DNA of 32,000 nt from the NCBI RefSeq assembly GCF_000020025.1, contig NC_010628.1, forward strand, positions 4,260,001 through 4,292,000. The letters run 5' to 3'. Below, piece after piece: positions 1-8,624 of this stretch. The notes under the pieces are model-generated. The model was not told where the DNA came from. It searched no databases and saw only the letters and a program-made list of their open reading frames with translations. Within the stretch, counting starts at the first letter, position 1; every line of letters begins with the position of its first letter. The position numbers and the translations under genes were made by a program. The DNA comes from Nostoc punctiforme PCC 73102. GTDB lineage: Bacteria; Cyanobacteriota; Cyanobacteriia; Cyanobacteriales; Nostocaceae.

Positions 1-71
1 TGTATATTTGTCACAGTCTTGATTTTATGCTCTACCATCTAATGAATTGGCTTTCCCCAGATTCTGAACCT

Positions 72-1043
72 CTAGTCAAGCCCAAAAATGGCACGCGGTT
101 TGTATGGCTGCTCTAGCAAGGTGCGCTCGTCGTTATCCATAACCAAATCTAATGTAGCTACAGCTTCTTCTAGGTGCTCTATCTTTGTGGCACCAATAAT
201 GGGAGCAGTAACACTTGGTTGGTGTAGAAGCCAAGCTAGAGAAATCTGAGCAGCAGATACACCGCGTTGCTTTGCTATATTCATAACTCGGTCAACTATT
301 TCAAAATCAAACTCTTCATAGTCGAGTTGATAATCGGTTCTAGCACGAATAGTCTTAGCAGGACTATGCCGAGGCTGATTACCAGCTAGAAAGCCTCGTG
401 CAATAGGACTCCACGGAATCACCGCGATGCCCTCAGTTTGACACAACGGCAGCATCTCTCGCTCTTCTTCGCGGTAAATCAAGTTGTAAAGATTCTGCAT
501 GGAAACAAAACGAGTCCAACCATGCATATCAGCCAAGTAAAGCGCTTTAGCAAACTGCCAAGCGTACATGCTAGAAGCCCCAATGTAACGAGCCTTACCT
601 GCCTTTACAATATCATGCAGTGCCGCAAGAGTTTCCTCAATCGGTGTCTCGTAGTCCCAGCGATGAATCTGATAAATATCTACATAATCTGTCTGTAATC
701 GTCGTAACGAGGCATCGATACTGTTCATGATGTGCTTACGAGACAAGCCTTTGTCATTTGGACTATCCCCCATCGGATAGTAAACCTTGGTGGCAATAAC
801 AACCTGCTCCCTTTTGGCAAAGTCCTTGAGCGATCGGCCAAGGATTTGTTCGCTAACTCCCTGCGAGTACATATCAGCAGTGTCAAAAAAATTAATTCCC
901 AACTCTAGGGCTTTTTGGATGAACGGACGACTCGTTTCTTCTGGAAGTATCCATTCTTCCCATTGAGGACTACCATAACTCAGAGTGCCGAGGCACAAAC
1001 GCGAAACTTTCAATCCAGTTTTACCAAAATTGACATATTTCAT
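72..1043 (-). CDS. aldo/keto reductase family oxidoreductase
   Basis: The track ORF 72..1082 opens on a TTG. The in-frame ATG at 1041-1043 gives the family-typical N-terminus MKYVNFGKTGLKVSRLCLGT. AKR catalytic tetrad context is visible: FDTADMYS (Asp, Tyr), VIATKV (Lys), IYQIHRWD (His). The start could instead be 1082. Confidence 0.85.
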   Translation of the reverse strand: MKYVNFGKTGLKVSRLCLGTLSYGSPQWEEWILPEETSRPFIQKALELGINFFDTADMYSQGVSEQILGRSLKDFAKREQVVIATKVYYPMGDSPNDKGLSRKHIMNSIDASLRRLQTDYVDIYQIHRWDYETPIEETLAALHDIVKAGKARYIGASSMYAWQFAKALYLADMHGWTRFVSMQNLYNLIYREEEREMLPLCQTEGIAVIPWSPIARGFLAGNQPRHSPAKTIRARTDYQLDYEEFDFEIVDRVMNIAKQRGVSAAQISLAWLLHQPSVTAPIIGATKIEHLEEAVATLDLVMDNDERTLLEQPYKPRAIFGLD

Positions 1044-1153
1044 ACGAGAAAAATGCGGAGTATTTGAGAAGATTTTGTCCAAGCATTGAACATTTATTTT
1101 AAATAGGAATTTACTGATGAATTCATTTAATAAAATAAAGTTATCCTAACTTC

Positions 1154-1918
1154 TTAGCTAGTTTTACGGCAAACAAAGCAGACCATATCTGCTTCTGCGA
1201 TTAATGCTAAGTCAAGTTTAAAATCATATACACTAACTTCTGTGAAACCAACATTTTCTAAAGTTGACTGAACTTCAGCCCTAGAATAACCAATGACTGA
1301 AAAACTAGTATCTAGGCGTTTCCAGCAATCTATTTCTCTTAATTGAAAAGTTGTTACAAAAACTCGGCATTCTTTGGTTTCTGGATAATAAATATTTTTC
1401 ATACCCCAAGCATATTCATCTTTAATATCACCTAATATACGACCGTTCAAAGTAGAATTATATGCCTCTTCTAGACGTAAGTCAAATATAAATATACCGT
1501 TGCTATGAAGTGTACTATATACATTATGGAAAGTAGCTGTTAATTCTGACAAATTCAGAATGTGATTAAAACCCAAACCCATTGAAGAAACTGCATGGAA
1601 AATAGGCGGCAATTCAAAGAAGCGTACATCACCAAGAATCAATTTGCAATTAGGTGCATTCTGATGAGCATATTCCAACATTCTCTGGGAGCGATCAATT
1701 CCAGTTACCTGATAGCCTTTATTTAGCAGCCATTGTGACAGTTCCCCTGTGCCACAACAGAGGTCAAGGATACTCGCTCCTTCTGGAACGTAAGGTAATA
1801 GTAATTTTTCTAGGGTAGGCAAGGCTATTTTGTTGTAACTTGGCCCCAAAGCTTCGTTATATATTCGGGCAAATGGTTCATCAAATTTGTTATAGCTAGT
1901 TGCTGAAGACGAAGACAT
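1154..1918 (-). CDS. class I SAM-dependent methyltransferase
   Basis: 254-aa ORF with an ATG start. SAM-binding motif I is ILDLCCGTGELS, followed by VTGIDRS (acidic loop). Same strand as the synthetase genes and 82 nt downstream of the preceding gene. Confidence 0.85.
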   Translation of the reverse strand: MSSSSATSYNKFDEPFARIYNEALGPSYNKIALPTLEKLLLPYVPEGASILDLCCGTGELSQWLLNKGYQVTGIDRSQRMLEYAHQNAPNCKLILGDVRFFELPPIFHAVSSMGLGFNHILNLSELTATFHNVYSTLHSNGIFIFDLRLEEAYNSTLNGRILGDIKDEYAWGMKNIYYPETKECRVFVTTFQLREIDCWKRLDTSFSVIGYSRAEVQSTLENVGFTEVSVYDFKLDLALIAEADMVCFVCRKTS

Positions 1919-2000
1919 AAAAGGTTTTCCTTTGCTTCATATTTAATGATAAATAATGGTCTACTTGCGTTAATATGCAAGTTAAAGGTGAAACAATTTA

Positions 2001-2882
2001 TCAAAACTTAAGGTTGCTTAAAGTAGTAAAGACTTGCCGTCGGTTATCGGTAAAGGCTCCACGACCGTGTAAAAACCTTGAATTATCCATCATTACCAGA
2101 TCGCCTGCTTTCCAAGGTATCTTTTCTGTTAGCTTATCGAAGATTCTCTCTATTTCATCAGCGACTTCATCAGAAGCTCTTGAACCGTCATCAAAAATTG
2201 CTTCTTCTGTCCTTTTTTGATATACCCAAAAGTGGTTTGCAAATGCATTTTGATGATTATATTTGTTGTTTACTACAGATGAACAAGTATATTCTACAGA
2301 AACAGTTTTATCATCATTAAACTGATAACTTACACCATCAACACTGTCTAACCTTTGCTTGATATCATCTATAGTATTAGCATTTGAACCTATTATTCCT
2401 TTCAATATATCAACCGGAACATTTTTATAAGAAAACTTTAGTTGCTTGGAAAGAAATAACTGTTTCGATTCTTGACTCAGTTCCTCCCACACTCGGATAC
2501 CATCCCAAAATAAAGTTTCGCCTTCTTGTTCGGCTGGTACAGTACAGCAAAACCAAATAACATCAGGTCGAAAGGGAAAACAAGAATTTTCGCAATGAGG
2601 AATAAGACCATCCATCCCGCCATCTACAAAATTGACATACTTGTCAGAATCAATGCTGACTTTTGTAAAATCTATAATATGCTTCCCACTAAATTGTTCT
2701 GAAAAATCTTTCATCTGCTTGGGAGTTACTCCAAAATCTCGAAATAGAATAACTCCAGATGACTTGAATATCTCCATAGTCTCTGCTACAGAGAGGTCAA
2801 GAATATTTTGACAATGACTATTATATAGTATCTTTCCTGTGCTAGTGCCTAGTGGCTCTATTTTACCGATCATATCATTCAT
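2001..2882 (-). CDS. TauD/TfdA-family Fe(II)/2-oxoglutarate dioxygenase
   Basis: 293-aa ORF. HxE facial-triad motif (IPHCEN), distal FLHGRGAF (His/Arg), and the GVILFRDFGV motif shared with the ORF at 17000..18031. Confidence 0.8.
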   Translation of the reverse strand: MNDMIGKIEPLGTSTGKILYNSHCQNILDLSVAETMEIFKSSGVILFRDFGVTPKQMKDFSEQFSGKHIIDFTKVSIDSDKYVNFVDGGMDGLIPHCENSCFPFRPDVIWFCCTVPAEQEGETLFWDGIRVWEELSQESKQLFLSKQLKFSYKNVPVDILKGIIGSNANTIDDIKQRLDSVDGVSYQFNDDKTVSVEYTCSSVVNNKYNHQNAFANHFWVYQKRTEEAIFDDGSRASDEVADEIERIFDKLTEKIPWKAGDLVMMDNSRFLHGRGAFTDNRRQVFTTLSNLKF

Positions 2883-3099
2883 TTCTCCGTTTATTTAGGG
2901 AATTCATCTTCACTTTGCCAATTATAGATATCGCTTCCAGACTAAAATATATTCAATATGTAAAAATCAAATTCTTCAATTTTTGATAAATAATCAACAG
3001 TAGATTGATATGTTTAATAACCATGTTATGAAATATAAGTTAATAATTATTGTTCGCGAGTCAACGAACCTTATTTGTTAACAATTCATTTTGTTTATT

Positions 3100-6000
3100 T
3101 TAAATTTGATTCATAAAAATATTCAAATACTCTAAAATAATCTGAATATGAGGCTTGGTAATGATTGTGTAATGATTGCTAGGGATAGTAATAATCTCTA
3201 TTGGCTTGCCTGAAAGCCCACCCCAAATATAAGTTGGATTAGAAAATTCATTAGATACTTCATCACTAGCTTGAAAGTATAAAATTTTGTTTGGATAAAC
3301 TTGTGGTGTATAACTTTGTAGAGCTAGTACGTTACTCTTAAAAACCTTCAGAAGACAACGAAGCTGTTCTAGTTCAAAATCCAAAGGCAAGAGATTAACT
3401 ATCCTTGCTTGCTCTAAAAAATAGTTCAGTTGCTCGTCTAGGGTCATCAGTGCCTGAAGTTGCTCAACCGAACCCGATAGGTTTTTCCCAGCAGACTGTG
3501 CCATATCTGTGGCAAAATCGACTAATATTTTGACATCGTTGTAGTCATCAATCTCTGCAATTTCTTTGCTGTTAACTGGTGCTGGGCTGTCTAGCATAGC
3601 AAGCATGGCAACTCGATCGCCATTTCTTAGTAACTGAGTTGCCATTTCAAAAGCGACAATACCGCCCATAGACCAACCTCCAAGAAAATATGGGCCATTC
3701 GGCTGAATCTCTCGTAGTGCTTCAATATACTTAGCTGCCATATCTTCTATCCGGGTATAGGGCTGCGATTCCCCATTCAAACCTAGTGCTTGCAGCCCAT
3801 AGAATGGTTGATCTGAATCCAAATGAAGTGACAATTCGTAGTAGCAAAGAATATTCCCACCTACTGGATGCACAAAAAATAGAGGTGGCTTGGAACCATG
3901 AGGTTGAATTGCAACTAAGGGGGATGAGGTGCGATAATCAGCCCGATCGTGCAGAATATTCGCTAACTGTTTGATAGTTGGACTCTGGAAAATAGCAGAT
4001 AATTGAATATTTTTACCAAACTGATTATTAATTTTTGCTATTAAGTGTACAGCTAAAAGCGAGTGTCCCCCAAGCTCAAAAAAGTCGTCGTTGATGCCTA
4101 AGCTCTCAATACAAAGAATTTCTTGCCAGATATTAGCAAGTGTTTGTTCAGTATGAGTGCGAGGAGCCACATAATCATTTCCTAGATTAGGGCGGGGATG
4201 GAGTATCTTAGCAAGACTTGTTGAAGCTAATTTCTTTTTTATGTCTCCAGCAAAAGAGGTCTGCTCAACATCGCTTAAAGATTTGAGCTTTAGCCATTGG
4301 TCGAACCTAGCTTGTAAATCTCCTGCAGAGAGAACAACTTGAGTTATTTTATCACTTGTTAAAATACGTTGAAAAGCTTTTATGCCTTCTTCTGGTGTGA
4401 TAAATAATTCAGCCAATGTTGTTCTACTAGCTGTGTTTTTTTCTTCTCCAAGTTCCCAGCGCTCGCAATTAACACTAATCCAGGGGACAGGATTTATTTG
4501 ATTTTGTTTTTGAGCAAAAATATCCATAAAAATGTTTGCTGCTGAATAAGCAACTGATCTTAACCCTCCCAAAATGGATGATGAAGAAGATATCAACAGA
4601 TAAAAATCAAGTTGTCTCCCCTGCAAAACTTTTTCTAGTACGAATAGTCCATTAGCTTTTGATTGAAAGTGACACTGATAATCAGTTTGAGAAGTTTCTT
4701 GAATAGATTTTAGGGACTTGTCATCCACGATCTCTACTGCGTAAATAACACCATGTATGTCACCAAAATGCTCCGTAACAAAGGCGATCGCTCTTTGCAT
4801 CTGTTCAAGGTTGGTTACATCTGCGCTCAAAACTAAAACCTCGGCTCCTAACTCCTCTAATGCTTGCAATTTCCTGATTTTGCAGCTCACCTCATCCTGG
4901 CGATCGTGAGTGTTCAGCCACCCGAACCACTCATCTTTCTCCGGGAGATTCTTCTGTCCAATCAAGACGAGTTTTGCCTGCACTGTCTGAGCTAGAGACT
5001 CCGCTAGGATCGGTCCAATATTTCCCAGGCCCTCAGTAATTAAGTAGACTCCGCCGTTGCGTAATCTTGATGTTTTTCCCTTAGATTCTGACAATCGTAC
5101 TGGCTCAAAAGTTTGCACCCAACGATTCAGGCCACGGTAGGCTATAACCAACTTCGAGGATTTAGTTTGTAGCTCGTCCAGTAAATAATCTACAAGTTTC
5201 TCCTCTTGCCAACTTCCTGGCTTTGGAAGAGCAATATCAATGCTACGACAGCTGATGTTTGAGTATTCTTGAGGAATGACTTTAACTGGCCCAAGTACAG
5301 TCGCTTTCTCTGGACACAACATTTCTTCTGCTGTGACTGACTGTATGTTGTTGGAGACAACTGTAATTTTAAACTTATCAGTCCAATTCTGTTTTCCAAG
5401 TGCCTGGGTGAGAAACAACAGGCTGTAGAATCCCAAATATTGAGCGCTATCAAACCACTCGAGTTCTGATTCTGCGTGGTAGTCTGGTGTAACACTCCAT
5501 AAATGAATAATTGTCTTGGGGATCTTGTTTTGTACTAAAAGTTCATTGAGTAAGGCATCATAATCATTACTTTGTCGAGGATTGAGGGTATATAAGCACT
5601 CGCTTACTTTGGAGAATTCTGATCCGATCTGAATTGCGATCGCATCTTGTCCCTGCTGTTCGAGTCGTTTTACCATTTGAGAACCCAAGCCGCACTCATC
5701 GGTAAACACAAGGGTACAGAACTTTTGCTCTGCCAAGTCTCCTTTACCGAGCAGTTCTGGAGGTGCAGATTGCTTCCATAAAGGTAGATAAAACCAGTCA
5801 GCGATATCCGGTTTTTTATTCAATGACACTTCCGTAGCGTGGACATCGCGTGGCTGTGCTTGTGGCGAAATCCAGTAACGCTGACGCTCAAATGGATATG
5901 TTGGTAGGGGGATGCGATAACGCTGTTCGTTGGCGTAAAAGCCAGACCAATCTACTTGAAATCCAAAAAGCCAGAGGCGACCCAAAGTATTGAGTAGAAA

Positions 6001-8529
6001 TGCTACATCTGACTGTTGCTCCTGGGGATGGCGGATTGAAGTCAGCACCACAGGTTCCAAATTATAATGCTGTTTGGCGAAGGTACTCAATGTCTGTCCT
6101 GGCCCAACCTCTAGCAAAATTCGCTCTGGTTGCTTCAGCAATTCAGTCATCCCTTCGTCAAAGCGTACAGTTTGCCGTAGATGCCTTGCCCAATAATGAG
6201 GGTCTGTTGCTTCTGCTGTGGTAATCCAAGTGCCAGTGACATTAGAGATAAATGGAATTTGGGGGGGATTGCGCTTGACTTTTTGTAATAACTCGGTAAA
6301 TGGCTCAATGATGGCATCCATCATCTGAGAATGAAAGGCGTGGGATGTATGCAGCTTTCGACAGCTTATATTTTTTTCCAGTAGTTGCTGCTGCAATTTA
6401 TCGATGGCATCCGTCGAACCAGAAACAACACATAAGGAAGGGCTATTGATTCCCGCAAGAGAAAGCTCTTTTGGCAGCAGGGGCTGCACCTCTTGTTCAG
6501 AAAGTTGAACCGAGAGCATAGCACCTGTTGGAACTTGCTGCATCAGTCGTCCTCTAGCAGCTACTAGCGCCAAAGCATCGTTGAGGGAGAAAACCCCGGA
6601 AAGAGTTGCTGCCAAGTATTCCCCAAGGCTGTGACCTATCATCGCTTCTGGTAGCACGCCCCAAGCCATCCACAATTTGGATAAGGCGTACTCAATGACA
6701 AATAGCGCACTTTGGATAATAGAAGTTTGTTTTAATTGCTGTGTAGCTGTTTGAGTTTGTGCTTCGCTGGGATAGAGAATATCTCGTAAATCTAGCCCCA
6801 AGTGAGGTTTTAGAATCAGGCAGCAGCGATTGACTTCCTCAGTAAATTTGGGTTCGCTGTGGTACAACTCCCGACCCATATTCACATACTGCGCTCCCTG
6901 TCCAGGAAACATAAATACAGTGGGTCGATTACAGGGTTGTTGGTAGTGGGTGAAAACTTGTTGAGCTTCCAAAGTATGCAGTGCCTCAACTGCATCATCA
7001 ATATCATGACACACCAGTATCCGGCGATGGTTAAAAGTCTGACGACCAACTTGGAGAGTGTAAGCCACATCAGCCAGGTTTGTATCCGGATGCTGCTTGA
7101 GATGATTTGTTAGATTTACTGTGGCGGTTTCTAAAGCAGAGTTAGTTTTTGCAGACAGCATTAACAACTTATGGGTTTTCCCAACGTTAGATGCTTCGAT
7201 CGGAGGAGCCTCTTCTACAATCAGATGGGCATTGGTTCCACCAAAACCAAGAGAAGTAATTCCAGCCCGGCGAGGAATTCTGTCCGATTTCCATTCCGAG
7301 AGTGCGGTATTAACATAGAAAGGACTATTAGCAAAGTCGATCTGAGGATTGGGCTGCTCACAATGTAAGCTAGGTGGTATTTGTTTGTGTTTGAGAGCCA
7401 GAATCGTCTTAATTAAGCCCGCAATCCCGGCAGCCGCATCTAAATGTCCAACATTGGTTTTCACTGAACCGATCGCACAGAAACCACGCTTGGGTGTACT
7501 GACACGAAAAGCTTTTGTTAGAGCTTTAATTTCTATCGGATCGCCTATTGGTGTTCCTGTGCCGTGTGCCTCTACGTAAGTGATAGTATCAGCTTCTACC
7601 CCAGCAGCAGCTATGGCTTCTGCAATCACCTCCGTTTGACCTTCTACGCTGGGAGTTGTGAATCCAGCTTTCAAAGAGCCGTCATTGTTGACAGCAGAGC
7701 TTTTAATTAGTGCATGAATGCGATCGCCATCAGCAAGAGCATCTTTTAACCTCTTGAGAACTACAATTCCTATACCACTACCGAAAATAGTTCCTTTTGC
7801 TTTAGCATCAAAAGCGCGGCAGTGTCCATCAGGAGATAAAACCCCATCTTCTTGATAGAGATAGCCACCTTTTGGTTGCATATTCAATATCGAAATGCCA
7901 CCCGCCAAGGCCATATCACATTCGTAATTGAGCAAGCTTTGGCAGGCAACGTGAACGGCAACTAAAGAAGTAGAACAGGAAGTTTGAATTGCATAACTTG
8001 GCCCAGTTAGATTTAATTTGAAAGAGACACGCATGGGAAGATAATCGGGATGATTTCCCAGACTAATTTCCACATCGCTTGCTAATTCTCTAATGTTGGG
8101 GTTTGAATAAAGATTGAACAAATAGTTACTTATAGTTGAACCAGCATAAACCCCTATTGAACCAGAGTAGGTTTGGGGATTATAGCCAGCATTTTCAAGT
8201 GCGGCACACGCACACTCCAAAAAAATGCGGTGTTGGGGGTCCATTATTTCAGCGTCTCTGGGGTTATAGCCGAAGAATGACGCATCAAACAAATCTATAT
8301 CTTCTAGTGGAACTGCTGCTTTTACATAGTTGGGGTGACTAACCGTAACAGAGTCTATACCCGCAGATTCTAATTCTTGAGCAGAAAAAAATGAAATTGA
8401 TTCTACTCCGTCTCGTATATTTTGCCAAAACTGTTCAATATTCTCTGCTTTAGGAAATCGCCCAGATAGACCAATAATAGCTATATCTGCCTCATCTACG
8501 TTATTAATTTTATCTAATTTGTTCATCAT
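3100..8529 (-). CDS. type I PKS, KS-AT-KR-ACP-TE (terminal module)
   Basis: 1809 aa. KS nt ~7207-8490 (TSCSTSL, EAHGTGT, KTNVGHL). AT nt ~6010-6921 (GHSLGE, HAFH, malonyl type; YPFERQRYW post-AT linker). Structural plus catalytic KR nt ~4330-5817 (TEGLGNIG, YSAAN). ACP nt ~3940-4158 (ELGGHS, Ser1490). TE nt ~3115-3897 (FFVHPVGG, GGWSMGG). No DH or ER motifs. Confidence 0.95.
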   Translation of the reverse strand: MMNKLDKINNVDEADIAIIGLSGRFPKAENIEQFWQNIRDGVESISFFSAQELESAGIDSVTVSHPNYVKAAVPLEDIDLFDASFFGYNPRDAEIMDPQHRIFLECACAALENAGYNPQTYSGSIGVYAGSTISNYLFNLYSNPNIRELASDVEISLGNHPDYLPMRVSFKLNLTGPSYAIQTSCSTSLVAVHVACQSLLNYECDMALAGGISILNMQPKGGYLYQEDGVLSPDGHCRAFDAKAKGTIFGSGIGIVVLKRLKDALADGDRIHALIKSSAVNNDGSLKAGFTTPSVEGQTEVIAEAIAAAGVEADTITYVEAHGTGTPIGDPIEIKALTKAFRVSTPKRGFCAIGSVKTNVGHLDAAAGIAGLIKTILALKHKQIPPSLHCEQPNPQIDFANSPFYVNTALSEWKSDRIPRRAGITSLGFGGTNAHLIVEEAPPIEASNVGKTHKLLMLSAKTNSALETATVNLTNHLKQHPDTNLADVAYTLQVGRQTFNHRRILVCHDIDDAVEALHTLEAQQVFTHYQQPCNRPTVFMFPGQGAQYVNMGRELYHSEPKFTEEVNRCCLILKPHLGLDLRDILYPSEAQTQTATQQLKQTSIIQSALFVIEYALSKLWMAWGVLPEAMIGHSLGEYLAATLSGVFSLNDALALVAARGRLMQQVPTGAMLSVQLSEQEVQPLLPKELSLAGINSPSLCVVSGSTDAIDKLQQQLLEKNISCRKLHTSHAFHSQMMDAIIEPFTELLQKVKRNPPQIPFISNVTGTWITTAEATDPHYWARHLRQTVRFDEGMTELLKQPERILLEVGPGQTLSTFAKQHYNLEPVVLTSIRHPQEQQSDVAFLLNTLGRLWLFGFQVDWSGFYANEQRYRIPLPTYPFERQRYWISPQAQPRDVHATEVSLNKKPDIADWFYLPLWKQSAPPELLGKGDLAEQKFCTLVFTDECGLGSQMVKRLEQQGQDAIAIQIGSEFSKVSECLYTLNPRQSNDYDALLNELLVQNKIPKTIIHLWSVTPDYHAESELEWFDSAQYLGFYSLLFLTQALGKQNWTDKFKITVVSNNIQSVTAEEMLCPEKATVLGPVKVIPQEYSNISCRSIDIALPKPGSWQEEKLVDYLLDELQTKSSKLVIAYRGLNRWVQTFEPVRLSESKGKTSRLRNGGVYLITEGLGNIGPILAESLAQTVQAKLVLIGQKNLPEKDEWFGWLNTHDRQDEVSCKIRKLQALEELGAEVLVLSADVTNLEQMQRAIAFVTEHFGDIHGVIYAVEIVDDKSLKSIQETSQTDYQCHFQSKANGLFVLEKVLQGRQLDFYLLISSSSSILGGLRSVAYSAANIFMDIFAQKQNQINPVPWISVNCERWELGEEKNTASRTTLAELFITPEEGIKAFQRILTSDKITQVVLSAGDLQARFDQWLKLKSLSDVEQTSFAGDIKKKLASTSLAKILHPRPNLGNDYVAPRTHTEQTLANIWQEILCIESLGINDDFFELGGHSLLAVHLIAKINNQFGKNIQLSAIFQSPTIKQLANILHDRADYRTSSPLVAIQPHGSKPPLFFVHPVGGNILCYYELSLHLDSDQPFYGLQALGLNGESQPYTRIEDMAAKYIEALREIQPNGPYFLGGWSMGGIVAFEMATQLLRNGDRVAMLAMLDSPAPVNSKEIAEIDDYNDVKILVDFATDMAQSAGKNLSGSVEQLQALMTLDEQLNYFLEQARIVNLLPLDFELEQLRCLLKVFKSNVLALQSYTPQVYPNKILYFQASDEVSNEFSNPTYIWGGLSGKPIEIITIPSNHYTIITKPHIQIILEYLNIFMNQI
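3115..3897 (-). other. thioesterase domain (chain release)
   Basis: PLFFVHPVGGN, GxSxG as GGWSMGG (Ser1620), and a C-terminal PSNHYTII His region. Confidence 0.85.
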
Positions 8530-8548
8530 AATTTCTATTTTTTTTAAT

Positions 8549-8622
8549 CGAACTACAGAGACGCAGAGAACGCGGAGAGAGAAGAAATAGAGATTTTCAC
8601 AAATGATTTAGGACTGCTATAT
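8549..8622 (-). repeat. MITE-like small dispersed repeat (copy A, inverted relative to copy C)
   Basis: The reverse complement reads tatagcagtcctaaatcatttgtgaaaatctctatttcttctctctccgcgttctctgcgtctctgtagttcgatt. It aligns with copy C except for a ~29-nt block present only in C. Confidence 0.75.
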
Positions 8623-8624
8623 TA

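Noticed and set aside
1044-1082. The TTG start at 1082 for the aldo/keto reductase (N-terminal extension MDKIFSNTPHFSR)
   Set aside because: The ATG at 1043 yields the family-typical MKYxxxGKTGLxVS N-terminus. The extension has no counterpart I know of in AKRs. It remains possible.
3052-3069. The hairpin gttcg-N8-cgaac just downstream of the TE gene stop, as an intrinsic terminator
   Set aside because: It has only a 5-bp stem with an 8-nt loop and no adjacent U tract on the coding strand, so the evidence is too weak.
4330-5817. A possible DH or ER domain between AT and KR (also 20460..21917 in the cMT PKS)
   Set aside because: No HxxxGxxxxP or ER NADPH motif is present. The segment starting KKPDIADWFY is shared by both KR-containing proteins and fits the KR structural subdomain.
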